A stretch of 63,869 nt of DNA, counting the filler, from Eremomyces bilateralis CBS 781.70 (Eukaryota), in NCBI GenBank assembly GCA_010015585.1. It is 5 parts of 4 records of this genome, joined end to end, with 100 filler letters (N's around TTAATTAATTAA, not from the genome) between each part and the next. Parts side by side here need not be neighbours in the genome. Positions count along the whole stretch, not along the records: positions 1 to 26,414 come from ML975193.1; 4 more parts are not named here. The stretch is one strand, 5' to 3'. Positions 1 through 12,612 of the stretch are shown here, piece after piece. The notes below the pieces were generated by a model that saw nothing but the letters and a program-made list of their open reading frames with translations, was not told the DNA's origin and did not search any database. The translations under genes and the position numbers were made by a program. Position 1 is the first letter of the stretch. Every line of letters starts with the position of its first letter.

Positions 1-257
1 CGAAAGACTGTTCAGTGGGGGAAGAGATCTCTTAGGAGTGCGGAGGAGCTCAATGAGTGCAGAGACTATGAGGCGTCTTATGATGCTGCGAGATACATGG
101 AAATAGCTTCAGAGATTTACGAATAATTACGAATAATTACGAATAATGCGAATATTATTCGTACGAATATTAGTAAGCGGAAATTCTAAATTTTATTCGT
201 ATTCGACTACGAATATTCGTACGAATATTCGTAATCGAATATTCGTGTCCAGCCCTA
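1..257 (+). mobile_element. 3' end of hAT DNA transposon (transposase C-terminus, subterminal repeats, TIR)
   Basis: 2..106 reads ERLFSGGRDLLGVRRSSMSAETMRRLMMLRDTWK*, the hAT dimerization-domain motif. It is followed by many CGAATA(A/T)T subterminal repeats and ends GTCCAGCCCTA (reverse complement TAGGGCTG, a hAT-type terminus). Confidence 0.85.
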
Positions 258-1215
258 ACTTAGGGAAAGAGTAACTATACTTTTTGGTATTATGCTGTTT
301 TTGAGCGAATTGGGCCTGCCTGTGATGGTGGTGATGGTTGGGGGAATGCCAAGACGTAACTCAATTTCGTCCCCCCGGGGGCACCATCATTGTATCTTTT
401 CCATTGTTGTTGTTGACCTCACTCCACAGTCCTTAGAGCACTCTGTACCTATTATTTGATTAGTGATTGTGGCTTGTAGCATTGTGCAATGGCGTCTCGC
501 GATGCTTGAAATACGAGATGATGGCCCCCATTATCAGCATTCATATTTCAACCTGATGGTATTATGCCATGACGTCTCTCAATGCATAAAATACGAGTTG
601 ATGGACCTTGATATTTCCAGTTTTCCAATATGTGTCTCAAGGTAGTGTCGTACAGGTTAGCACTTAGCAGAGATCTCGGCAGAGGTCTGGGCAGCGTTCT
701 CAGCATGTAATATTTGGAGATAGAGGTGAGCATATTGATTAGGAATCGCAATATCACGGAGATAAACTGAAAACATTGTCACGGTTATGAAAGGGTAGCC
801 TGTGGTAACTATGGGCTTCAATTAATAATATTCGGTGAAACAGTTGTACTAAGTGGTGGAGCTCCCAGCTACGTCTGTTTCTACAGTCTACACACTTCCT
901 GATTCCTCATCTGTTCGACTAACTTCCCGTGGCTCTAATCTTGATCGGCGGATATGATGATCTACAACTGAACTACTCTGTACTATGTAGGACATAGCAT
1001 GAAGGTGGCGTGGCGCCCATGCGGCTCAGCTTGTTGTCATTGCTTTGGTGCAGCATCGTCATTAAGGTTACTTGCACTATTGAGATCTGGCAGGGCTGAC
1101 AGTTCAATATGGATTTCGAGTGCGTACGGTAAGTATATATACACAGGGATGGTCGCTTGCATTCGCTAAATGGAGTTAGGTGTAAACATATCGAATCCCA
1201 TCACAGACATCTACC

Positions 1216-2913
1216 ATGATCTTACAATCAGCACTTCTCTCATTATCACATCTCTTCGCTGTTTCACAAGCAGCAAGTCTTCGTCCGCAGGTACAAGCGC
1301 GAGCCGAGGAGAATGGCGGCCGCAACATCGACTGGAAACCATGCCCGAAGGAGGTGCTCGCATTCGACTCGATGAACCGGACGGACTTCCAGTGCGCGAA
1401 CTTGAATGTGCCACTGGACTACAGCAACAAGTCGGATACGAGGAAGGCAAGCCTCGCCATCATTAGAATTCCGGCCGTGAAGCAACCGAAAATCGGAAGC
1501 ATCTTCTTCAATTAGGGTGGTCCAGGTGGTGATGGCATAGTCAACATGGCTGCCTCTGCTAGCACCGTGCAACCGTACGTCAACTCGTCACTTGCACCTT
1601 ACACCTTCAACCAGTACTGACGTTCACACAGTATGACAGGCGGTCAACACGATCTCATTAGCTGGGATCCCCGAGGGACCGGCCAAACCCTCTTTTTCGA
1701 CTGCTATGCCAACAACACCGACAGCGATCTTTCGTTGACGACGTTCTTCAACCTCGCGAGTGAATCAGATCAGGCATTCGCCTGCTCTTGGGCGGAGGGT
1801 GACGTTCGCGGGAACACTTGCAAGGAAATCCGCAGTGATTGGGGCGACTACGTCGGCACGGCGTTCACCATCCGCGACACGTTTTCGATCCTGGATAATC
1901 TAGGAGAGGGGGATAAGCCGAACTATTGGGGCGTGTCATACGGTACGCTCTTGGGGAATACGGCGGTGAACATGTTCCCTGACCGTATGGATCGCGTGAT
2001 ATTGGACGGCGTCCTCAACCCCCACGAATACTACCACACGCTCGAGGAACCCCAGCAGTACGCAGACACGGACGAGGAGTGGCGCGAGTTCCTCCGCGGA
2101 TGCATGAAACATCCCGACACCTGCGCGCTCGCGCCTCTCGCCACGTCTCCCGAAGACCTGGAACAGAAGCTCAACGAGATACTTTCGAAACTCGCCAAGA
2201 GTCCCTGTCCGCAGGGCGCAACATCGTCACCTACACCCTCGTCAAAGGCACCATCCTCAACTCCCTCTACTACCTTACCCGGTACCCCTCGCTCGCCATC
2301 ATCCGTGCCGGAGTCCTCACCAACGACCAGGCGTCCATGATCACCGCGAACTATGGGTCGCGCACCGGCCACCCCAATGTCAACGACGGCAGTATCCGGC
2401 GCCAGTCCCTGTTCGGCATCAGCTGTGGTGACAAGATTGTGTGCACCGACGATGTCCGATGAGGGGCGCCAGGCGCTGCAGCGCGCACAGGAGGCCTCGA
2501 AGACATTCGGCGATATCCCGACGAGCAACATCGCGACGTGCGCGCAGTGGCCATTTACGGCGAAGGAACAGTACGAGCCTACGAGGGCGACTTCACGGCT
2601 ACGACGAGCCAGCCGGTTTTGATCATCGGCAACACGTGGGATCCGGTCACGCCGTTGGTATCGGCGCAGAATGTGAGCGCCGGATTGGAGGGGAATGAGT
2701 TGCTGCAGCATAACGGACATGGCGTAAGTTTTGCTCCTCGGTTTGGCCTTGTTAGATAATAATCCTGATACTAATGTCATTTCTAACTGGCACATGTCCC
2801 TTTCGCAGCTACTACCCTGCACGTCGCGGTATATCGCGGGCTACTTCGTCAACGGCACCCTTCCGAAGCCTGGCACCAAGTGTGAGCGAGACAATGACCT
2901 GTTCGTGGTGTAG
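1216..2913 (+). pseudogene. Secreted alpha/beta-hydrolase, tripeptidyl aminopeptidase (TAP)-like peptidase, disabled
   Basis: Signal peptide, CANLNVPLDY, FFN*GGPGG (TAG at 1513-1515), SWDPRG, GVSYG nucleophile, ILDG and C-terminal IIGNTWDPVTP...GH. Frameshifts near 2200, 2458 and 2575. Confidence 0.85.
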
Positions 2914-3200
2914 CCGTGAGATGGATCTGATAAGGGCGGTATTTCCTTCCCATACTATCTCTATCCTGTATTATAACTCTGTCTTATACTCATGATGGCG
3001 TTGGATTAGCGACATGACGTACCCCATTGTGATAGGAGCTTATTTCCTTAGAATATATACAGAGCTTGTAAAGGTACAGAGAGTATCAAATGGAGGCACA
3101 TTCGTGCTGCTTTTGGAGGCATTCAGTAGCGTACAGCGTGGCTGTACTGATCTATCAGATGATGCTCTAGTACGCATCACATGCAGTATTTTATTAGGCT

Positions 3201-3700
3201 TCTTACTAAGACATACCTCCACCCTCTTCTCTTAACGTTCGCCCCATCGATAGTGAATTAGGTCGGACTAATGCATTTGGGTAGGTGAATTCGCCTACTA
3301 CTTAGGATACGTCTTACTAAGACATGCCTCTACCCTCTGCCCTTAAGGTGTACATGTGTAGTGAATTGGTCCGTACCTCTGGGTTCGTGAATACACCTAC
3401 TAGTAAACGCATGGGTCTTACTAAGACATACCTCTACCCTCTACTCTGAAGGCAGACATGGATAGTGAATCAGTTTAGACAAATGTGTGTGTTGGTACCT
3501 GAATTCACCTAATTACCTTATACCTACTAATTAGTAGCCGGCTTACCATGCGTCTTACTAAGACATACCTCGACCCTCTGCCTTTAAGGCTAACATGAAT
3601 AGAGTCTATGGGGTAAAGTCAGCGGACCCCCTTGTCGGCCACCCCCTTTGTCGGCCACCCTAAATCGTGTTAACTACATAAATTCACCTACTAGCAAACC
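3201..3700. repeat. Degenerate tandem array of 4 units (104-137 bp) with palindromic cores
   Basis: TCTTACTAAGACAT(A/G)CCTC at 3201, 3312, 3416 and 3553. Units 1-3 also carry TAGTGAAT, and a GTGAATTCACCTA-like motif recurs four times. Confidence 0.9.
3610..3665 (+). mobile_element. Probable Fot1/Pot (pogo) TIR fragment
   Basis: CCCCCTTGTCGGCCACCCCCTTTGTCGGCCACCC has the internal direct repeat typical of Pot2/Fot1 TIRs. No partner TIR or transposase was seen. Confidence 0.5.
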
Positions 3701-4577
3701 CCTGAGCCCGGCAGTGTTCCAGTGTCTACCGTATCTAGCCACAGACCTTGACTTCGCAATCCCTATGTTTGACTATTCATCGTAACCCGCACATTGTACA
3801 TATACTTCTTGGTATTGGAAGCTGAGCAGGCGGACACTCTTCCTTATGGTTAAGATACTGGTAAATGTATGTGGACATGGCAAAACGAATATCCCTTTCT
3901 ACTACGGTACTGAATATTTCAGATCCTGAAGCCCCGGCAAAGGTCCCAACGTTATAGATTCTATTATTACTTATTACCGAAGCTAGAGAAAGAGACGTGA
4001 TATACCCGTTATATAAATTCATGCCAAAGTACTAAACCAAGCTAGGGTATCATGAGACCGAGTCTTGATTTACCTTCCCAATTAGCCACTGCAGCGATTA
4101 TAGCATATTTGTCCCAAGCAACTTTACTAAATGCTCTTGTAACTGGAAAAAATGAATCTCATTTCCTCAAAGTCTGCGTCTATTAATAGGAAACGCCACC
4201 CAGATATTGAATCTCGAGCTTGAAAAACCACAGTTGAGATCTTCGTCGACAGAAGGAGAGAAGAAAATGCAGATCATCTCGACGTGGCGGCAACAAATAA
4301 AACCGAAAACCAAAACTAATGCAAAATCTGAAAAAACAATCCCTTTGCAAGGAATAGCAAATCAGACATGCCGACTTTTGAGACACTTCCGATTCCATGG
4401 ATGAACCTGAAACCCCTTTGCGCCAACTCCTTGGATGTCCAACTGCCATACCCCAGGCAACCAGTGCTAACCAGTGAAGATCGTGAAGGTCCCGTGTAGC
4501 AACGAATGAACAAATGGCTGAATCTCTCCATAGCAAGCTCGGAAGCATCTAAGTTTCCTGGACGATCATTTGCCGCT

Positions 4578-5396
4578 TTACGACATCCGCCGCAGATACC
4601 TGCGCAGAGTAGACAAGGGAGGATCCTCCCCTAACCATTTCCCCTGAGCAGCATCCTGGGCCCGAAGAGAGTAATCGACACGCTCATCTGTGATGACTGC
4701 AAGTTCCTTTCGGCGCGAATTAGCTCTATTTCAATCGGGAGTCGTCTGTTCCTTTTAACTCACTGCTTGTAGCTGCTGATCCACGGCTTGTAGGTGGGGA
4801 GCGTGGCTGGCATGAGGTTTTCCGCCTTGTAGGAGCGCATATCGAGCATTGATCCAGCGGAGTGCGGTGGTGGCTCGGAGATAGAGTTTCTGGCATTGAA
4901 ATCGACGAACTGCGGCATCGAGGATAATACTGAAGGCCCCAGTCAGAAAGAGCTCCGTTCAATGAAACTCGCGGTCCTCCGCCCTGTTCACAGGTCGAAT
5001 TGTTCGATGTTATTGTGTGAACCATCTCTCACATACGCTTGCAATTGTTGTTTCTCCTTCTCCAGACTTTCGGACTGAGCCTGGGCTGCGTCGGTGGAAT
5101 ACGGACTCTCAAGCACGTCCCGTGCTTGCTCTAGGCATCCTCGAAGGAGAGTATAACCTTCCAGCCAGTATTCCTCACTGGCAGGCTGGGCATCAATCTG
5201 CGCGATGTAGTGCTGGAGGTTGCGGAAGTCGGTCATTATCTCGGCAATGCGCAAAGCCCGGGCTTCGTTCACTGTCGCGACTCATGTTAGTCCTCCTGTG
5301 TCAAGTGTGAAGAACGCAGCACACTACGGAGTAGCTAAGAAACACTCGATCAGTCTGTGCCATCTTGGGACAATGCTTACACCCATCTGCCATCAT
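4578..5396 (-). CDS. Small conserved fungal hypothetical protein (4 exons)
   Basis: Splicing at GT-AG introns (5380-5272, from 5036, and near 4763) gives MMADGLNEARALRIAEIMTDFRNLQHY...IILDAAVRRFQCQKLYLRA...ELAVITDERVDYSLRAQDAAQGKWLGEDPPLSTLRRYLRRMS*. Confidence 0.8.
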
Positions 5397-7208
5397 GTAT
5401 ATGGCCTGGTACACCCAATATCAAAAATTTCTCAAAACAGTGTAGTATGAGTAAATCGACTGAAAGGGCCGTACAACTTCAGCTGTCAAATAACAGGAAT
5501 AGGAAGATCATTAGAAAAGGGACAAGAGGAATGGAAGAGACATGGTCAAGGCATAGGAATGGTGTCCTAAGGCCTCCTATATTATATATACCTCTTCACA
5601 GGACGCCTGGTGAAAGGGTGCACCGTAACCTCAAACTGGCGATGTGCCTTAAAAAGACAATTTGAAGGTTGATGTAAGCCAAGACTACCAGCCGGCGTTG
5701 TCCATTGCTCCGTTTGGATCGATCTACTGCTACAATTGGACGGGGAATCCGTTCGCGAATGACCAAACCGGACGAGCATAGCCCAAAAGTCCAGCTGATG
5801 ATGGGATGGGAGTGTGGAAGCAACCCCAAGAGCTTAGTTCGGAATCTCTCAGAAGAGCAGTGGCAACATCATTGGAGAACCGACGGGCACAGGATTTACA
5901 GTCACAGGCGAACAAGGCCGTGATGGAAGATATCAAGTCTGAAACGAACAATCGAGCAATTGATGCATGGGTTACGATTTGCTGGAGTAGGCCTGTGGGC
6001 CGCAGGCGATCCGTCGGCAATGCGCCGTGCCCCACCCAAACTATTGCATATAGGAAACTCGTCCCGACGAATGTCGATGGAAGGCCTTTGCGGCTGGTGA
6101 TGGATGCAGGCTTGATCCGTGGAGGCGCAATCGCATGGTGTGAGTGACGGCTCCAGGGCCTTGCGTACCTGAGGCTCATGATCGCGCAGTCCATTGCATG
6201 GTCTGGCGCAACGATGGCTTTGGAGACCGGAATCTGGACCGCGAAAGCTGCAGCAATGGGAAGCGGAGGACTTGCACCAACGTGGGATGGTTGGAATGCA
6301 AAGACGAGGTTCAGCTTCATCACAAGACGCAAGCCACGCGAGAGCCACGCTGCGTAGCCCGTCCTAATCTGGACTAGCGATATACCGATATCGACATCGT
6401 CGTCAACGTCGTGCATCACCTTGCGTCCCTTTGCATCTCCCCTATGGCCACCTCAGAATCTCTACTGGTGTGCCTGCTCGGGTACCAGCTGAAACTAGGA
6501 ATCTCCAGCCGACGCATCGAAAGTATGATGGATGTGGACGGTAAGAATGTTTGCACCGCAAATGTCCCGCGCCACCCCGGTGCATCTGCTCCTTAATATA
6601 GGATCTCCGATTTGTGGCGGCTTGCTGAACGCCTTGAGAAGCGCTTAATGGCGCACTGTTTGTTCATTCTTCCATCTATGCCGCTACGAATGGCATGAAG
6701 TTGCCGCATTAGGTTCTGGTGTACTCTCAACCACTTGACGGTTTCTAAGGAGAGGAGGTAGTTTCAAATACTGTGGCAGTGTACAACACCACCTGAAAAT
6801 GATTAAACAAAACGTAGCCCTGGAGATGTTAATCCGATTGTCCAATTAGAACCCGAGCAATATAAATTGACCAGAGCCGAGCCGTTAACTTTGTGTCTTG
6901 CTAGCGTGACTTCTACGTAGTGTACATACCCAGTGGAAGCATGCGGCTGAATCAAATGTCACCGTAACCCCGTATCTAAGTCGTATGGATCGGGTGAAAG
7001 AAAGGCTGATATCCTGAACACCTTGATTGGATAAAACACCCAGCGTCGATTCCGCTGAGCCCCTGTCCTTCTGTGGATACGTAGCTGTTCGACGGCAACG
7101 CTAAAGAAAGATCTCCTCGGTAGGTCATGTCGTCGCTGCAAAGCGCTTTGGTCAGGCACGACGTACCATGGATACGGAACGGAATCCAAGCACTGCCACG
7201 GCGCCACC

Positions 7209-8259
7209 CTAATCCTTATCCGCAATGGCCTGGAGTCGTTCGTCAATCTCCTCCTCCGTCAGTGGCCTGAACTGTGTGTCGGTCCCCTCCCCGTCCACAC
7301 GCGGTCCGCCCACAATTCCTACTTCGAGTTCGCCCTTCTTGAAGTCGACGCTGAGAACGGTGCTCAAGGCCGTGATGCCTAGCTCAACGACCTCCTTCCA
7401 ATCTCCCTCCGCGCCGTCCTTGTTCTTCAGTTTCTTCTCCAGGAAATTCAATGCTTCCTGCATTTTCGGGCCTGAGGCGGTCGCCTTATAACCGACGTAG
7501 TACCCAGCGGGGTCGCATTTGTACAGCTGCGGCCCATTTTCAGAATCAACCGATATTAGCGTGATAGCCACGCCAAGAGGGCGCATGTATGCCTGTGAGT
7601 GACGATCAGCACCAACCCCAGGCTATATTAAGAACCGCATGAACGTTGCAAACGCTTACCCGTTGTGTGTAGACCTGATTGATGTTCGCTAGCCTCTTCG
7701 CGAGAACGTCGCATGGCATCTCGTATCCATACTTATAGCGGAACTCGGCCGCCTCGGACCTGGCGCGATTGACCGATGCTCGAGCATCGGCGATGGAGCC
7801 GGTCATCACGCAGCCGACTGACGATGATAGTTTGTAGATGTAGGACACGGAGCTCGGGTCAATGAGTTTATCCTTTCGTCGGTCAGCGATCATCAGCTGG
7901 TATGTTGCGGAAGGACAAACTACATACCGGGACCTTCTTTTGTGACAACACGACGGCGCAGTCCTTTCCTCGAACCCCGACGGAGGTTATGTTGGCCGCG
8001 GTGATCGCCTTAAATGCATATTCTGTTATGATGCTGTCAGTAACTAAAGTAATGTTCCTCATGTTCGAAAGCTGTTGACTGTATCTGGACTGGGCGATGC
8101 AAGAAAGGTATTAGGGAGGAAGAACTGACCGACTTGGTAGAGTCGACCTTGGTCGGAGAAAATGGTAATATGCCTGTCATACCCGGCACTGCCTATATGA
8201 TTTCACAACTCTTTAGTCTCCCAGTTGTTATCAAGGATGGAGGTCGACATACTTGACAT
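7209..8259 (-). CDS. SCL1: 20S proteasome subunit alpha1 (PSMA6 type), multi-exon
   Basis: Exons encode [62 protein letters not shown] and [17 protein letters not shown]. Confidence 0.95.
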
Positions 8260-8656
8260 CTTGAATGTGATGGGGGTGACGGAAGCTTGCTAGGCCTCTT
8301 TAGCTTCAACTCGGGTTATGTGGACGTTCCGTTCGGTATGAAGCTCCAAATAAGTGTCTAATGCAGCGCAGAATCTCGATTTCAGGCTGTTACGTTTAGA
8401 CAGAGGTATGGTAGGTGTGGTTTTGGAGATGGATGGGACAGTGACATGAAGCTCTCTGAAAGACAGACGCGCATCGAGCTTGGAAGCCTGGCCTGTGGGA
8501 CGTTTAAGGCATCAAGGCCAATATCAATCATCTGCGTGGCAACCAATCACAGCTCAGTTGGACAGAATTTCTCCTTCATGGAACTACAATTTGATATTTC
8601 CTTTCAACAGTTCAGTTTTCTTGCCAGGAGTGATTTTGAAGTGTTCACCCGTCACC

Positions 8657-9943
8657 ATGAGTTCCACACGTGTTCCGGCCTGGAAACGCCTGGGCCTAGA
8701 ACTTAAAGCCTCAAATACGAATGATACGAGCCCTGCTGCTACCAACATATCGAAGCGGAAATGGGATGCCAACGAGGCAAGAAAAGCTGTGGAAATTGAA
8801 TCACCTGCGAAAAGGACAAAATCTGCCGGATCACCTTCCCAATTTCAATTTGGGTTCTCATCTGTGAATGAACCTACTGGAAAAGCAATCCCTTCCAGGT
8901 ACTCAAGCAAGGCATCGTCTGCGAACGCGGTTCCCGTTTCAAATGGTGATCTTGGTGGCGCCCATTCCACAGAGACGCCTGCGCATTCAAAAGTGAAGAT
9001 TAATGGGAAGGACCGCAATACTTCTACCAAGCGTGAACCGAAAAAACCGAAAAAACCAAAGGCAAAAAAGCAGCCCGCCTCCGCGCCGAACGCTCAGAGT
9101 GATGAGGCTTTGGGACCTCCTGCCTACGTGCCCTACCTGGAGACCTATTTTGCGGATCACGGAAACTGGAAGTTCAACAAGCATCACCAGACACGCCTCC
9201 TCAACAATCTTTTCCATCTGATCAATCTCCCTCCGAAACTTGACGAAGCCATCGCGCAGTACGTGGCTGGGTTGCAGAGTTTCGGGGCGCGGGAGCATCT
9301 CCGGACCAGCGCGTACCAAGTCTGCATTGACTCGTCAGAAGAGGCTGCAGAGGCCACTGAGACCGAGACTAGCAAAATGACGGCAGACGATATTCCGGAC
9401 GAGTTGCGAAAAGCGGAAGCGTTATCTAGCAGACTCTTACAGACGAAGAAACGTCTACAGGAGTTAGAAGGTGATGAGGCAGAAGAGGAAGTGGAAAAGA
9501 AGCGGTTAAGGCTCCAGCAAAGACTAAGAGCCGAGCAAATCCTACTTGCGCTGAGCGAATCCGACCACAAAGTCAAGGCCAAACCCCCGCCGGTTGCTCC
9601 CGCGCCACCGCCCACCGCAGCCCCACGCCAACAACGCTTCCCTCCAGTAGCAGACGACGACTACAACGGTGCCGTCGTCCAAGGCTTCAACAAAGTGACC
9701 GGTGCGCTCGGCAGCGTCTCGATGAACAAGAAGATCGTCTTTGACGAAGAGCCCGAACCAGCGGTCCAACCAAAAGAGCCGAAGGCAAGGGCTACTAGGT
9801 TGCGGAAAAAGAGAACGGGGTTGGCGGCGGTTACGGGGGTGTCGGATGATGATGATTCCAGTAGCAGTTCGAGCTCTGGTAGTGACTCTAGTAGTGATGA
9901 GTCTAGCAGCAGTGAGGAGTCCAGTTCTGAAGATGAAGCTTAA
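8657..9943 (+). CDS. WKF-domain protein (probable nucleolar/ribosome-biogenesis factor)
   Basis: MSSTRVPAWKRLGLELK N-terminus, NWKFNKHHQTRLL motif, Lys-rich segment and Ser/Asp-rich tail. Divergent from proteasome alpha1. Confidence 0.8.
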   Translation: MSSTRVPAWKRLGLELKASNTNDTSPAATNISKRKWDANEARKAVEIESPAKRTKSAGSPSQFQFGFSSVNEPTGKAIPSRYSSKASSANAVPVSNGDLGGAHSTETPAHSKVKINGKDRNTSTKREPKKPKKPKAKKQPASAPNAQSDEALGPPAYVPYLETYFADHGNWKFNKHHQTRLLNNLFHLINLPPKLDEAIAQYVAGLQSFGAREHLRTSAYQVCIDSSEEAAEATETETSKMTADDIPDELRKAEALSSRLLQTKKRLQELEGDEAEEEVEKKRLRLQQRLRAEQILLALSESDHKVKAKPPPVAPAPPPTAAPRQQRFPPVADDDYNGAVVQGFNKVTGALGSVSMNKKIVFDEEPEPAVQPKEPKARATRLRKKRTGLAAVTGVSDDDDSSSSSSSGSDSSSDESSSSEESSSEDEA

Positions 9944-10178
9944 GAGGAGGGACTCGGGGATTTGATAACGGTTTTTGAATATATCCAGGGACAGTCGGTA
10001 ACGGTGGAGATGGCAAGCGGTCAAAAACTGTCAGGGCTGAGGGCGTGCGGATTAGGGTGGAATGACGGAGCAGTTTCTGCGGCATTGGTTGAAAGCAGCG
10101 ATACAAGCAATGCATACTTTTATACAACGCTGTAGACGATATGAAAATGCAATCCCTCGTATGGTTACAAAAATCCCT

Positions 10179-11314
10179 TTAAGCGACTCGAGCGTTCAAC
10201 ATGGAGGTTGTGTGATCGTGTTCATCGCTATCGCTCTCTTCCCCCAATTCAAATCGCCTCGCCTCCACCGCGCTCTCCTCGTCGTTCTTCAACTTTGCCA
10301 TTTCCCATTGCGTACACCGGCCAGGGAATGGAACATCACACCTCGAATGCCGCAGAGAGGGGTAATATCTTCGGTACTGCAACCACGCGATGGCGAAACC
10401 GAGCACACTTCCGAAGCACACATCCCAGACGTCATGCCGGTAATCTTCACAGCGACTAATCGCAATGAGCGCAGCACCAAGCAAGGGAGCGCATGCGGCC
10501 AGCATGGCCGACAGGCTCGATGCCGGTGCTAACGGACGGAATACATGGAGTTGGCCGCAGATGAACAATGTCAGGTAGCCCAACCCCGCGAAACTGAACG
10601 ACGAATGGCCGGACGGGAACGACCGGAATCCATCATGGAGGATGTGGGAATTGGTCTGCGTACAGACTCGGAAGGAAACAAGCTTTGATAGTTCAGCCGA
10701 GTTCTTGCCAGGAACACAGCGGGAGATCAGGTCCGGACGGGGTCTGCCAACGGCATTCTTTATGGTGTCGGTGACGAGAGATGTCATGATCAATGAGATG
10801 AAGAAGCCTAGCAGAGTGACGTGGGCCTTGTGCTTGTTGCGATCGAAGGCTAGGAGGATAGCGATAATGAGAAGGAGGGGGACGGCCCCGGCGTACACGA
10901 AAAGCCATGCTGTGATCATGTCGGCAAGGCCCTTAGTAAGGGAATGGACTTGTCACTTACGGACGGGAACGCGCTCTTTTGTCGCATGAGGAAACTGAAT
11001 TGCAACATCCTCGAGCGAAAACAAACGATGGAACGGCTCGACCAAGAAGACCACCTGCTTGACGCGTCAGCCACGAACTGCATGGTAGGTGACCTCGTTG
11101 AACCGACCAAGATATAGATAGTAAGCAGAATGACCAGTCCAAGATAATCCGAGGCATAGTATCTCTATATTCCATCTTAGCCCAAACCGCACGCATCCAT
11201 CTCTCGACGCCCGTGGCACCTTACCAACCAAAACCTATGCACTGAACCGAGCCACCCTTTGGCCACTGTCGGCCCTGGCGACCGCCTGGAATGACGGGGA
11301 GGAGAGCCAGGCAT
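10179..11314 (-). CDS. DPP1: PAP2-family diacylglycerol pyrophosphate/phosphatidate phosphatase (3 introns)
   Basis: PAP2 motifs KNAVGRPRPD, SFPSGHSS and SRCEDYRHDVWD, with TM segments. Upstream exons RYYASDYLGL and EPFHRLFSLED. Confidence 0.88.
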
Positions 11315-11779
11315 GGGAAGGCATTACAGAACGAGCGCAGTATTAAATGGGACAAGATGTAGACTTAGATAAACATAGTTGATAGATATTTCTCGCCTGG
11401 GGAACTCAACGATCGCATTCGTAATGATGGAGTCCTGGGGGCAAGGAATATCAGATCGTCAACAGGGTCGTCGTCGAATTGGTAATGACGCGCTGGGTGT
11501 GTCTCGTCCGCCGTAACGACAATCCCCCACACGCGGGATGATCCATGTCCAATCCGTTTTATGCTCGACATCCCAACCAATTGAACTCACCTTCAATTTC
11601 GACCTGGCTACCTCATATACCCACGGAGTTATATGGACAGAGCAAAGTTACTTTTCACAATCCTACAATAGGAACTCAATTTGAATCTCGTGTTCTACCT
11701 CATTGCTGAATTCTATTCTAATCCGTAGGCAGTATCCTGAGCATGATCTAGCCCTCGCCCTATTCTGCATCCCGTCAAG

Positions 11780-12612
11780 ATGGCTGACGAACAACCTACC
11801 GTCGAGACCTTCCCTCCGCCTCCTGGCTTCTACGAGTATTTTACAGACGCAAATCTGGAGCGTCTGGAGGCTCTGAAGTCTTCACTAGCCGATCGCGAGA
11901 ATACGCAACAAGATGCCGGCGCATCAACGCAGCAGAGCGCTTCTGATATCGAAAACCTCCCGGACGAGCTGCGCTTTCTTCAACCTCCTGAGCCGCCGGC
12001 GGATGGGAAATACACATGCTTCGGAGCACCTTTCGACGTATGTAAATGGCGCCTTTGGTCGATTCAAGTCTAACCGGCATTCAGCTGCACGAGCAATTGC
12101 AATCACTCTCCGCGCAAGGCATCGATCAACTCTATCCCACGAAACCAGCACCCACCAACGCCGCGACGGGCACCGAATCGGAATGGACTCTCGACCGCGC
12201 GACCTACCTCCGCAAAATTGCCCGCTCCATAATGCTGAACTACCTCGAGCTCGTCGGCGTCCTCTCCGTCGACCCCACCGACTTCCCCGACAAGATCCAA
12301 GACATCACGACCCTCTTCCTTAACGGGCACCACCTCATCAACGAATACCGCCCCCACCAGGCGCGCGCGACGCTTATCCACATGATGGAGGAGCAGCTGG
12401 AGCAGAAGCGCGCGGAGATTCGGAACGTGCGGGTGATGAAGGAGAAGGTTCGGGCGCTGGCAGGGACGATTGCGAAGGAGACGGAGAATGAGGTACAGGG
12501 GTTTGAGTTGAAGGGTGGACGATCTATGTCGGAGGAGATTGCCGATGCGAGGAATGAAGAGCAACGATCGATGTGGGAGGCGCTGGATGAGCACTCTTCG
12601 GGATGGTCCTAA
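11780..12612 (+). CDS. MED7: Mediator subunit 7 (1 intron ~12038-12084)
   Basis: FPPPPGFY, LQPPEPP...YTCFG, GIDQLYP and LFLNGHHLINEYRPHQARATLIHMMEEQLE. Confidence 0.93.

Noticed and set aside
3201..3600. CRISPR array
   Set aside because: Eukaryotic context with no cas genes. The intervening sequences share motifs with each other and are 65-100 nt long, so this is a degenerate tandem repeat.
3777..4548. Short minus-strand ORFs next to the repeat array
   Set aside because: Could be a decayed gene, but no family motif is recognizable.
5700..6600. Overlapping ORFs including a 229-aa minus-strand ORF
   Set aside because: No recognizable motifs or consistent splice structure.
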